Below are positions 50,170 to 62,442 of a stretch of DNA of 64,000 bases, piece after piece. Both the position numbers and the translations under genes were made by a program. The notes below the pieces were generated by a model that saw only the letters and a list, made by a program, of their open reading frames with translations, did no database searches and had not been told where the DNA came from. Position 1 is the first letter of the stretch; each line of letters begins with the position of its first letter. Origin of the DNA: Octopus sinensis. Lineage: Eukaryota. The stretch lies in NCBI RefSeq assembly GCF_006345805.1, contig NC_042998.1, forward strand, positions 154,256,001-154,320,000, read 5' to 3'.

Positions 50170-50950
50170 TCATTTAGGGAGGATGTTAAAGAGCTGTGGT
50201 CCTCTGAAACCCAAGCTGTTGCAGTATCTGGACTTGTATTCTGATGGTGATGTTGGAATCCTTGGCACTACGCAGCGGCGCCCCGTTCTGCGGTTGGAGT
50301 AACTTTGAATGCCAAAGTTTGGGACAAGACCCTCCAGGATTTTCCGGATGTATATCACTGCATATCTCTCCCGCCTCCACTCCAGGGAGAAGAGGTTTAA
50401 TACCTTCAGTCTTTCCCAGTAGCTGACATTTTGCATTGAGACGATTTTCTTTGTGTAGCTTCTCTGAATTGCTTCGAGTTCTGCTGTTTGTTTTATATTG
50501 TGTGGTGACCAAAGTTGGGAGCAGTAGTCCAAGCGGCTGAGGATGAATGTTTTCCATAGGACCATCAGTGTCTCCTTCTCTCTTGTTCTGAAAGTTCGGA
50601 GAATCCATCCAGCTAGCCGTCTGCATTTTATCACCAGATTAGCAATATGCATTTGGAAAGATGCATCATTGCTCATGTCAATGCCCAGGTCACGCACTGA
50701 TTTTGACTCAGGGATTGCAATTCTTCCTGGGCCAGTGTATCCAGTCTTCACGTCATTTACCTTCGTGTGCCAGTAGCGCAGGGCCTGGAACTTACCTGCA
50801 TTAAACTGCATGTTGTTGTCCTCAGCCCACCTGTATATTGTGTCCAGCTCATGTTGCAGATGCGCAATATTTTCAGGGTTTTGTATTGCGTGGGAGACTT
50901 TTGTGTCATCTGCATAGCTAGCAAGGGTGGTCATTGTAGCAACTGAAGGC
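50170..50950 (-). mobile_element. CR1-type LINE RT fragment, open frame
   Basis: LASYADDTK...WAEDNNMQFNAGKF...RDLGI...SRLDYCSQLWSP...SYWERLK.LNLFSLE.RRERY; flanked on both sides by (TA)n. Confidence 0.92.
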
Positions 50951-51172
50951 ATATATATATATGTTTTATCTTATATTTAATCTTTCTATAATATGTAATT
51001 TTTCTAAATGGTATAATTAATTTTTCCTTATTGAATTGATAAAAGGTGTTTTTCTACTTTAAATATATATAGGAATATATATATGTATATATATATGTAT
51101 ATATATGTATATATATATATGTATATATATATGTACATATATATGTATATATATGTACATATATATGTATAT

Positions 51173-52168
51173 ATCATCATCATCATCATCATCATTTAGC
51201 GTCCGTTTTCCATGCTAGCATGGGTCGGACGGTTCTACTGGGGTCTGTGAAGCCAGAAGGCTTCATCAGGCCCAGTCAAATCTGGCAGTGTTTCTACGGC
51301 TGGATGCCCTTCCTAACGCCAACCACTCCGTGAGTGTAGTGGGTGCTTTTTACGTGCCACCCGCACTGGTGCCAGACAGAGCTGGCAAACGGCTACGAAC
51401 GGATGGTGCTTTTTATGTGCCACCGGCACGAGGGCCAGGCGAGGCTGGCAACGGACACGAAACGGGGCGGTGCTGGCAACGGTCGCGAAACGGAAAGTTC
51501 TCTTACATGCCACCGGCACTGGTAACACATCTGCAATTTCCATTGATCGATTTCCATTGATCGATTTCGATTCTGATCCTCACTTGCCTCAATGGGTCTT
51601 CACAAGCAGAGTTTCGACATGCCACCGGCACTGGTAGCACATCCGCAATTTCCATTGATCGATTTCAATTCTGATCCTCACTTGCCTCAACACGTCTTCA
51701 CAAGTAGAGTTTTGTGTCCCAAGAAGGGAAGGTATGCATACGTAGGCTGGCTCCATCCCATGTAGAAGGCCACGGGTTGTGGACTCACTTGTCCTGCCGG
51801 GTCTTCTCGCGCACAGCACACTTCCAGAGGTCTCGGTCTCTAGTCATTTCCTCAGTGAGACCTAAAGTTCGAAGGTCGTGCTTCACCACCTCGTCCCAGG
51901 TTTTCCTGGGTCTGCCTCTTCCACAGGTTCCCTCAACCGCTAGGGTGTGGCACTTTTTCACACAACTATCTTCATCCATTCTCGCCACATGACCATACCA
52001 GCGCAAACGTCTCTCTTGCACACCACAACTGATGCTTCTTAGGTCCAGCTTTTCTCTCAAGGTACTTACACTCTGCCGAGTGTGAGTACCGGCATTACAC
52101 ATCCATCGGAGCATACTGGCTTCATTTCTAGCGAGCTTACGCATATCCTTAGCAGTCACGGCCCATGT
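51173..52168 (-). mobile_element. 5'-truncated RTE LINE
   Basis: [12 protein letters not shown]...REKTRQDK*, 3' UTR with internal duplication, (ATG)n tail, embedded in TA-rich microsatellite. Confidence 0.92.
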
Positions 52169-52400
52169 TATATATATATGTATATATATATATGTATATA
52201 TATGTACATATATATATGTACATATATATGTGTATATATATGTACATATATATATGTACATATATATGTAGATATATATGTATATATATATATATATGTA
52301 TATATATATGTATATATATATATATATGTATATATATATGTATATATATATATATGTATATATATATGTATATATATATATATGTATGTATGTATGTATG

Positions 52401-52434
<34 letters not shown>

Positions 52435-52435
52435 C
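52169..52435. repeat. Compound (TA)n/(TATG)n microsatellite
   Basis: Direct reading. Confidence 0.95.
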
Positions 52436-52519
52436 ACAAAATAAGAAAATGGAGAAATACACCTTAATCAATAATCAACTACCAGACAATACCCATTCAC
52501 ATAATTTATTAACCAACTA

Positions 52520-54250
52520 CATATGAACATCAAGGTCAAACATAATAGTACAGAACGAATACATCTAATAGAAGGCTAGATTTACTGAAAAAACGACTGC
52601 ATAAATTTTTTAAGAGTTTTGGTTTATCTATAATTATTGAAAATGAAAATTACTCTGTCAATTATTTAGAAGTTAATTGCAACCTTACTAATGGGATACA
52701 TGAACCTTATATTAAACCTAATTCTAACTTAGTATATATAAACTACTCTAGCAATCACCCCCTCAAATTAAAAAGTCACTATTGCGTAGCATTAGTCAGA
52801 GAATCTCTTATCTATCCTCAAATTGGGACATATTTAATAAGCATAGTGAAAGATATAACACTGCATTGCATAAGGCAGGCTACACGAGTAAAATTAAGTA
52901 TATACCTAATAATAATCTTTTGAATCAAGGTGGATCTACTACTACAAACATAAATGAATTTCGAGTGGACAACAACAACTTTAGGGTAAAGAACAATAGG
53001 CTATATAAAAGTGTGTATGGCAATAATACTAGTATTGGTACTAATGGAGCTGTTGATCTTAGCTTAAATAACTTAGCACACAATATTGAGATTAATAATA
53101 TTAATAATAATATGAATAATAATAAAGATATTATCTACGATAATAGAAAAACTTATTTACACCATAATAACAATATCAATTTTAACAATGATTTTAGTCA
53201 TAATCTTGGTAATATTAATCACAGAGGGCATAGGGGTTGGAAGAGGAACAGAGTTTTTGCTAATAATAAGAATTTGATAGGTAACCCACATAGTGATAAT
53301 GATGCACTATGGCTGATAATCCCATATGCAATGCAAATTAAAATGGATATAGTTAGAATGATCCATAGTTTATTGTACAAGCACTTTGAGAAGGGTAAGA
53401 ATAAATATTGTCAAATAATTAATAATAAAACTATCAGAATAGGGTATATAGCCTTACTCACAATTTAGCCACCATCATTTCCTTCTTTAATAATAGAAAA
53501 TTAGACCGCTTCTATAGTGATAGAAGGATAAACTTGGGTAGCAGAAATGTGCCTCTCCATAACTTGGGAGGTAATAAATCTAATAGTGCGAACGTGATTA
53601 ACCCTCACATTGGTTATAATAGTACTATCTCTGTAGCGACAAATAATAATTTGGTTGATGATACTGCTATTCGTAGTAGTAGTCCTAATGATTTGAATAT
53701 TACTAATAATGTTAAACATGGACTCCCGTTGAATATAGGATTAAGTAGTGGGAATGAGGTTAACATTATAAACAATAATAGGGATGCAGTGAATTGTAGC
53801 AAGGTTAAATTTCCTCAATCAGATAGCAGCTGCAATTGCAGAAACAAAAACAAATGTGTGTTCAATAATGAATGCCTGAGGAAAGGGGTGGTTTATCAAT
53901 GCATTGTGAATACACAACATGATAGTAGGGTGTATATTGGTGCGACTAAAAATAGTATGAAACAACGACTGAACTATCATAGGTACACTTTCAAAAATAA
54001 AAATAGGATGAATTCTACGGGGTTAAGTACTTATATTTGGGAACTTAAGAGCAAGAATATAGATTTTGACTTAAATTGGAAAATACTCACTTTGGCACCA
54101 GTATATAATAATAGAAATAAAAAATGCTCTTTATGCATCAATGAAATCTTCTTTATCATCAAAGCTAGCTTACCCATTATTAATAATATTAACGAGCGAA
54201 ATTTTTTTTACCTTCACAGACTAGCGTATACTTTCTCTAGATTTAAATAG
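52520..54250 (+). mobile_element. Penelope-like retroelement (Naiad-type): RT thumb, Asn-rich linker, Cys motif + GIY-YIG endonuclease
   Basis: YINYSSNHP; ISQRISYLSSN..IFNK; CNCRNKNKCVFNNECL.KGVVYQC...VYIGAT...KQRL.YH..TF...STGLS.YIWELK...W.IL...CSLCINE. Confidence 0.9.
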
Positions 54251-54949
54251 CACCTAGTTTTTATATAAACATTTTTATATAGGATTACGTTCATAGACAT
54301 TATAATTTATAATTTTATATTTCCACATATGTGTTCTGTATTGATTGGTTTTGTCTTGGTTTGAAAATATTGAAATATATATGTATATTCTGATATATAC
54401 ATGGTTTTTTGATCTTCATGGAATTTTCCATTGGTGTCGGGCGTATACATGAATCATATCTTAGGCTGTTGGTTTGGGACTTTGATATACTGATACGTAC
54501 CTGGTTTGGGTCTATATTTAGTATATGGTGTCTACATTTGGATAAGTATGTGTATATATATTTACTTATATTTTGTGTGTATGTATATGTATGTATATGT
54601 ATATATATGTATATATATGTATATGTGTTGGTGTATGTGTTTGTCTACACATGCATGTGTATACTTACATGTGATTGTATATGTATATATATCTTCCTTG
54701 TGGGTCTTCCCATGTATTTGTTTGGTAGTCTTAAATATTAAGTTCTCTATGTATATATTTATATTTATACTTATTTTGTACTTATTTGTACTTATTTTGT
54801 ACTTATTTTTGTTTTTATTTATTTTTTAAATATTTTTTTTATATTCTATTTTTTATTATTTTTAAATTCTTTTATTATTTTATTTTTTAGTTACTGGTAC
54901 TTATTAATTTATAACTTATAATTCATAATTTATGTTAACATATAAATGT

Positions 54950-55131
<182 letters not shown>

Positions 55132-55302
55132 CTTCTATGTTTGGTTATGTATGAATGTATGTATACGCAAAGATGTGGGCAGGCTTGTATATCTGTACTT
55201 CTGAATGTGTATGTGGGTATATCTACATATGTTCATGTGTATATTTATATATATATAGGTTCACTGGTGGATATGTGTGTATATGTTTTTATATATATAG
55301 GT

Positions 55303-56640
55303 ATCATCATCATCATCATCATCATCATCGTTTAACGTCCATTCTCCATGCTAGCATGGGTTGGACGGTTCGACCAGGGATCTGGGAAGCCAGAAGGCTG
55401 CACCAGGCTCCAGTCTTATCTGGCAATGTTTCTACAGCTGGATGCCCTTCCTAACGCCAACCACTCCGTGAGTGTAGTGGGTGCTTTTTACGTGCCACCT
55501 GCACAGGTGCCAGGCGAGGCTGGCAGCGGCCACGGTCAGATTGGTGTATTTTATGTGCCACCGGCACAGAAGCCAGTCGAGGCGGTACTAGCATCGGCCA
55601 CGAGTCGGATAGTGCTTTTTACGTACCACCAAACCAGGGATCCTGGCTGGTTCAATTCGATTTCGATTTCGATTTCGCTTGCCCCAACATGTCTTCACAA
55701 GCAAAGGGGGTTGGCATGGGTGCCTGTCGTACAGTCGGATTGGAGTATTTTACGTGCCACCGGCACGGAAGCCAGTGGAGGCGGCGCTGGCATCGGCCAC
55801 GAGTCGGATAGTGCTTTTTACGTACCACCAGACCAGGGATCCTGGCTGGTTCAATTCGGTTTCTATTTCGATTTCGCTTGCCCCAACATGTCTTCGCAAG
55901 CAAAGGGGGTTGGCATGGGTGCCTGTCGTCGGATGAGGTTCTATATCGACTTCGCTTGCCTCAACAGGTCTTTGTGTCCAAGGGAGGAAAGGCATTCATA
56001 AGTGGGCTGGGCTCACTTGTCCTGCCTGGTCTTCTCACGTACAGAATATTTCCAAAGGTCTTGGTCGCTGGTCATTTCCTCAGTGAGGCCTAAAATTTGA
56101 AGGTCGTGCTTCACCACCTCGTCCCAGGTTTTCCTGGGTCTACCTCTTCCACGGGTTCCCTCAACTGCTAGGGAGTAGCACTTTCTCACACACCTATCTT
56201 CATCCATTCTCGCCACATGACCATACCAGCGCAATCGTCTCTCTTGCACACCACAACTGATGCTTCTTAGGTACAACATTTCTCTCAAGGTGCTAACGCT
56301 CTGTCGAGTATGTACACTGACATTACACATCCATCGGAGCATACTGGCTTCATTCCTCATGAGCTTACGCATGTCCTCAGCAGTCACGGCCCATGTTTCA
56401 CTGCCATGTAGCATGGCTGTTCGTACACACGCATCATACAGTCTGCCTTTTACTCTGAGCGAGAGGCCTTTAGTCACCAGCAGAGGTAAGAGCTCCCTAA
56501 ACTTTGCCCAGGCTATTCTTATTCTAGCAGTTACACTTTCAGCGCACCCACCCCCACTACTGACTTGGTCACCTAGATAACGGAAGCTATCAACTACTTC
56601 TAGTTTTTCCCCCTGGAAAGTGACGGAAGTTGTTTTCTGT
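55303..56640 (-). mobile_element. 5'-truncated RTE LINE with ~199-bp tandem duplication in 3' UTR
   Basis: Open ORF QKTTSVTFQGEKLEVVDSFRYLGD...REKTRQDK*; duplication 55535-55733 / 55734-55929; (ATG)n tail. Confidence 0.92.
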
Positions 56641-57517
56641 ATATATATGAGTATGTATGTGTATACAAATGTTTGCGGATATAATTTGGTGTAGTTCTCC
56701 ACACCTGTATATATATGGTTTTTGTATGTATATTGTAATTCTATCTATATGTATATCTGCGTACGTTTATATGTATATTCATGCTTTTATGGGTGAATTT
56801 GCGTTAGTGTATATAAGTAATATATGTGTGTGCGGGTGTGTGTGTGTATGTGTGTGTATGCTGATGCAGTTTTCCCATTGCCTGTGCATGTTTATTGGCA
56901 GTGTGTGTGTGGGTGTACATGTGGAGGTGTATTCATTTTTGTTATGCGGTGTGTTTGTGTGTGGGGGGATGTATGCGTGTGTCTGTTGTTTTGGTGTACA
57001 TTTGGGTGCTTCGGTGTATGTATGCTTGTGTGTATGTATGTGTTGATCTTGGATTTGTAGGTTTGTCTGTTGCTTGTATGTGTATTTGTGGGGGTTTTTA
57101 GGTGTAGGGGTACATATGTATGAGTCTTGGTGCAAATGTTATTGTCGGTGTGTGCCTTAAATAAGAGTTGAAATAAAAATTAAAATAGGCATATAAATAC
57201 CGATAGATATAGATTACATAATTTTTGATGGGTTGTGTTTCGTGTTTGAGGGTACGTGGTTGTGGTGGTAAATGGCTCCGGTTTTTTGTTTGGTGGCTTT
57301 ATGTTTGTTTTGTGTATGGATGTGTGGTGTGCTGCGTTGGGGTTTGTACAGAGTTGGGGTTTGAGTGGGCTCACACTTGAAAGTGTTGATATCTGGACGG
57401 TTTCGTAGTATTCTGGTTGTTTACGATATAATCGGAGTAAATTTTAATTATTTATCTTATGCAAATAACGTACTTCTTCTTTACACTAGTCATGGTAATT
57501 CTGTGTGTTGAGTTTAT

Positions 57518-59281
57518 ATCATCATCATCATCATCATCGTTTAGCGTCCGTTTTCCATGCTAGCATGGGTTGGACGGGTCAACTGGGGTCTGTGAAGCTG
57601 GAAGGCTTCGTCAGGCCCAGTCAGATCTGGCAGTGTTTCTACGGCTGGATGCCCTTCCTAACGCCAACCACTCCGCGAGTGTAGTGGGTGTTTTTTACGT
57701 GCCACCTGCACAGGTGCCAGACAGAGCTGGTGAACGGCCACGAACGGATGGTGCTTTTACGTGTCACTGGCTCGGGGCCAGGCGATGCTGGCAACGGACA
57801 CGAACGGATGGTGCTTTTACGTGCCACCGACACGGGGCCAGACAGAGCTGGCAACCGGCCACGAACGGACGGTGCTTTTACGTGTCACCGGCACGGGGGC
57901 CAGCCGAGGCTGGCAACGGATGCGAACGGATGGTGCTTTTACGTGCCACCGACACGGTTGCCAGACAGAGCTGGCAAACGGCCACGAGCGGACGGTGCTT
58001 TTACGTGTCACCGGCACGGGGGCCAGCCGAGGCTGGCAACGGACGCGAACAGATGGTGCTTTTACGTGCCACCGACACGGTTGCCAGACAGAGCTGGCAA
58101 ACGACCACGAGCGGACGGTGCTTTTACGTGTCACCGGCACGGGGGCCAGCCGAGGCTGGCAACGGACACGGACAGATGGTGCTTTTACGTGCCACCGACA
58201 CGGGGCCAGACAGAGCTGGCAAATGGCCACGAACGGATGGTGCTTTTACGTGCCACCGACACGGGGCCAGACAGAGCTGGCCAACGGCCACGAACGGACG
58301 GTGCTTTTACGTGTCACCGGCACGGGGCCAGGCGAGGCTGGCAACGAACACGAACGGATGGTGCTTTTACGTGCCACCGACACGGGGCCAGGCAGAGCTG
58401 GCAAACGGCCATGAGCGAATGGTGCTTTTACGTATCACCGGCACGGGTGCCAGACGAGGCTGACAGCGGACACGAACAGATGGGTCACTTAACCCCTGCT
58501 TTCTGATATATGATTTGATTTTGATTGTTCTCACTGGTCTTGCCGGGTCTTCTCACGCACAGCATACTTCCATAGGTCTCGGTCTCTGGTCATTTCCTTG
58601 GTGAGACCTAGAGTTCGAAGGTCGTGCTTCACCACCTCGACCCAGGTTTTCCTGGGTCTACCTCTTCCACAGGTCCCCTCAACTGCCAGGGTGTGGCACT
58701 TTTTCACACACCTATCTTCATCCATTCTCACCACATGACCATACCAGCGCAATCGTCTCTCTTGCACACAACATCTGATTCCTCTTAGGTCCAACTTTTC
58801 TCTCAAGGTACTTACACTCTGTCGACTATGAACACTGACATTACACATCCAACGGAGCATACTAGCTTCATTTCTCGCGAGCTTACGCATGTCCTCAGCA
58901 GTCACGGCCCATGTTTCACTGCCATGTAGCATGGCTGTTCGTACACATGCATCATACAGTCTGCCTTTTACTCTGAGCGAGAGGCCTTTAGTCACCAACA
59001 GAGCTAAGAGCTCCCTAAACTTTGCCCAGGCTATTCTTACTCTAGCCGTTACACTTTCAGCACACCCACCCCCACTACTGACTTGGTCACCAAGATAACG
59101 GAAGCTATCAACCACTTCTAGTTTTTCCCCCTGGAAAGTGACGGAAGTTGTTTTCTGCAGATTTTCAGAGGTTAATGCTCCCGAGCATCTGCCAAATACA
59201 AAAACCATCTTCCTAGTTAGCCTTCCTATGACATTGCTGCACCTCTTATGTGTCCATAGCTTACACTTGGTGCATCTTATA
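57518..59281 (-). mobile_element. 5'-truncated RTE LINE with expanded 3' UTR array
   Basis: ORF from IRCTKCKLWTHKRC to REKTRQDQ*; (ATG)n tail at 57518-57537. Confidence 0.93.
57687..58482. repeat. Tandem array of 13 GC-rich 60-63 bp units with A/B higher-order structure
   Basis: Core ggtgcttttacgtg at 57687, 57750, 57810, 57871, 57932, 57994, 58055, 58117, 58178, 58239, 58300, 58360, 58421 (first and last with a mismatch). Confidence 0.95.
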
Positions 59282-60065
59282 TCCCTCTTATAAATTTTAT
59301 CTGAATATTTTCCAACCTTTGCCTTTTATTAACCCTTATGTTTTTCTACCCTTTTAGGCCCCTCTTTTTTGTATATTACGAATTACCCTTCCAACCCCTT
59401 TCATTGTATTAACAATTAGTATTATCTTAATTTTAATGATTCTTAATATTATTTTAGTTAACAGTATGTATGTGTATGTATATATATACATATATGTGTG
59501 CATGGTTGCTTTTGGGTATATGTATTTGTTTTTATATATGTATATATGGATATATACGTATGCAGTTATGTATGTAAGCATGTCTGTGTGTATGTAAGCT
59601 TGTATTTTCTGTACTTTGGTTTATCTATGTGTACATGTGTAAGCGCGCATATACATGTGTATGTATGTAAGTGTATCTTAATAAACCAGCCGTAACTAAA
59701 ACAATTGAAATTAAAATGTGCCAGCCAATCGTATTGAGCTTTCAATCTTAAATTATTTCTAAACCTACTACTAAATATCCATCACCGTCAAAACTCTGAT
59801 TTGTATGCATTTATATGCATGTACACTTCTGGATTTTTCTATGATGTAAATTAATATTTTTCATTTTATATGTGTTTGTGGATCTATAATGTTTTGTATT
59901 GTATTGTATTTTTATTATTATTATGTTACTATTTCACTATATTATGATGTTGATGTATTCTATGGGATTTTTTCCACCTAATATATACTGTGAATGGCAT
60001 GATGCACATATTATTTTACTGGTATTATTATTATTAATAATAGTAATATTATTATACTAATAATA

Positions 60066-60101
<36 letters not shown>

Positions 60102-60200
60102 TTAATGGCATTTTGTAACTTAATATAATGAACTCTTGACTTTGTATATGTACATTTTCATGTGGATATGTGTATGTTTGTATATTCTAATATTCTAATA

Positions 60201-60341
60201 TTAGGTTGTCTCAAAAGTTCGTAAACACTGGCGAAAATTGAATTTTTACTTGCCAAGTACTAACAAAAACAACAAAAACTATTCCTCAAAATAAAGACCA
60301 TTATTTTCCAAGACTTTCTACGAACTTTTGGGACAACCTTA
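60201..60341. mobile_element. Mariner-type MITE (141 bp)
   Basis: TA-flanked TIRs ttaggttgtctcaaaagttcgta / tacgaacttttgggacaacctta. Confidence 0.85.
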
Positions 60342-60537
60342 TATATTGATTTGACTAACTGTAACCTTATATATATGTATGTATATTATTATATATTATT
60401 ATGTATATACGTATATATATATATAGGTGCATGTGTATATACACTTATATGTATGTGTATATTATATATTATGTATATGTACTCATTCTTGTATAGGTGT
60501 ACCTTCTCTGATATTCATATTTGGATTGTACTTTATA

Positions 60538-60660
60538 ATCTCTAAAGAGGCCTTGGGATATATTTGTGTCTCATTTATAACCACATATTAACTTATCACA
60601 CCTGACTAATATGAGCATAATGAGATACTCATATCTACATGGCTGAAACAGCTGTAAGAT
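60538..60660 (+). ncRNA. Penelope-type minimal hammerhead ribozyme motif (one core mismatch)
   Basis: atct-CTAAAGA-ggcc-[~90 nt loop]-ggct-GAAAC-agct-GTA-agat: stem I atct/agat, stem II ggcc/ggct, palindromic stem III, GUA cleavage triplet; the CUGANGA box reads CUAAAGA. Confidence 0.55.
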
Positions 60661-61089
60661 GTAGTTTATATTTATATTTATATCTATTTATACATATTGT
60701 ATTTATTGTATCATATTACTCATTGATGTGCACTGTTTTGTTCTGTACTGTTATGTTTGACCTTGATGTTCATATGTAGTTGGTTAATGAATTATGTGAA
60801 GAGGTATTATCTGGTAGTTGATTATTGATGTATTTCTCCATTTTCTTATTTTGTATTATGAATTTGTGGTAAAACATTTTACCTTCGCCCATATAATACA
60901 ATAAATGAATTAATTGCATCACAATTTTTAACATTTATGGGTGCTTTGTTGGGTGCTTTACTGGCAGTATATTGGATATATGTTATCCCATGGTGGGTTG
61001 CACTCACAACCCCTATCTCAATTTATGTAAACTTATATATATATATCTATATATCTATATGTATATATATATATATCTATATATCTATA

Positions 61090-61561
61090 TGTGTGAAAAG
61101 ACAAGCTGCTAGCGCCATAGCTCATCAACTGCCCACCGATCTTTGCTTCCTCCTGACACCGCCTCAATCTGACCATCCCCTTTTAGTACCCTCCCGCCTC
61201 GTAATATCCTAAAGACCCGGGCTGCTTTCTGCAGCAATTCCACATACCCCCTACCCATTCTAAGTACCCCGGATCCCCAAAGTACCCCGGACCTCGTTGC
61301 CCCCGTGCCGCTGACACGTTAAAATGCTCGAACCGATCGTGACGATGCCGGACCCCTCCGGCCCCTGTGCAGGTGGCACGTAAAAAGCACCCAATCCACT
61401 CTCGGAGTGGTTGGCGTTAGGAAGGGCATCCAGCCGTAGAAAACCTGCCAGATTCAGACTGGAGCCTGGAGCGGCCCCTGGCTTCCCAGACCCGGTCGAA
61501 CCGTCCAACCCGTGCTAGCGCGGAAAGCGGACGTTAAACGATGATGATGATGATGATGATG

Positions 61562-61563
<2 letters not shown>
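61090..61563 (+). mobile_element. RTE LINE 3' end (variant 3' UTR)
   Basis: Two hairpin units (tggcacgtaaaaagcacc type), shared terminus gcggacgttaaacg(atg)n; flanked by TA runs. Confidence 0.75.
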
Positions 61564-61592
<29 letters not shown>

Positions 61593-62101
61593 TTCAAGCA
61601 TTTAGGCATGCTTAGGTTGTGGTTCCTGCTGTAAGCAGGAGCTGGTGTTAGCAGCGTTGTAAGCATAACCATTAAGGTCATCGATGATATAGATGTAAGC
61701 TGTGTGGCAGAAATACTGATATTCCAGGTGTTAGTAGCATTCTAAGCAAACATTATGGTCATTGAGTGACATACTTTTAAGCAGCATAGCAGAAACATGG
61801 ATATTCCAGTGTTGGGTTGGGAGGGGGGTTCTAGCTGAAAACTGGTTGCATTGCGGCAGGGAAGGGTTCCGGCAGAAAGAGAGATAAAGAGAGGGAGAGA
61901 AAGTGGGGTAGGAATGGAGAGAGTGCAGGGAAGAGAAGCAAGGGTAATACATAGTGAAATAGCATATTGAGGAGGAGAGGTTGGAAGAATAGACACACAT
62001 AATGGTGGTGGGAGAAGGGATATCCGGTGTAGGTGGTGTAAACACAGTGTTATCCGGTATTGGTGGTGGGGGTGGGAAAAGGCAGGCGCACCGCGAATGG
62101 C

Positions 62102-62221
62102 GAAGTTTTGATTGGGGACAGAGCGGCAGAGATATGGAACTAGGAATGAGAAGAATTAAGCAAAGTTTTGATTGGGGACAGAGCGGCAGAGATATGGAAC
62201 AAGGAATGAGAAGAATTAAGC
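62102..62221. repeat. 60-bp tandem repeat (2 copies + partial third)
   Basis: aagttttgattggggacagagcggcagagatatggaac(t/a)aggaatgagaagaattaagc repeated. Confidence 0.9.
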
Positions 62222-62442
62222 AATCAGGGTTTGATAGGGGACAGTACAAATTATGGGAAATAAGAATGTGAGCTGAACGAGGAGGAGCGAATAATATAGA
62301 AACAATATCATAGAGAAACGAACAAATTATCATCATACAGAGACAAATAATTATCATAATAAGCTTTACAAGATAGGACTAAAATTAAAAAATTATATTT
62401 TGGGGGACCTATATATATATATATATATATGTTTATGTATAT

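Noticed and set aside
52082-52526. Tyr/Ile/Cys/Val-rich ORFs here and at 7836-8527, 18988-19369, 54409-55335, 56657-57135, 63352-63874
   Set aside because: Translations of TA/TG/CA microsatellites.
53534-54250. Selenoprotein-type (UGA-recoded) Naiad element
   Set aside because: The conserved Cys positions of the Cys motif and GIY-YIG region are ordinary TGY codons and no SECIS could be identified by eye.
57380-57515. Possible minus-strand Penelope endonuclease C-terminal remnant (CKEEVRYLHKINN*NLL)
   Set aside because: Too short and degenerate to support without an alignment.
57687-58482. CRISPR array interpretation of the repeat/spacer-like array
   Set aside because: The inter-core segments are themselves repeated (two types), there are no cas genes, and the array sits inside a eukaryotic LINE 3' UTR.
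57570-58506. Long ORFs (297, 272, 217 aa) across the array as real proteins
   Set aside because: All three frames are open because the GC-rich unit lacks stops; unit lengths shift frame; the ORFs are antisense to the LINE.
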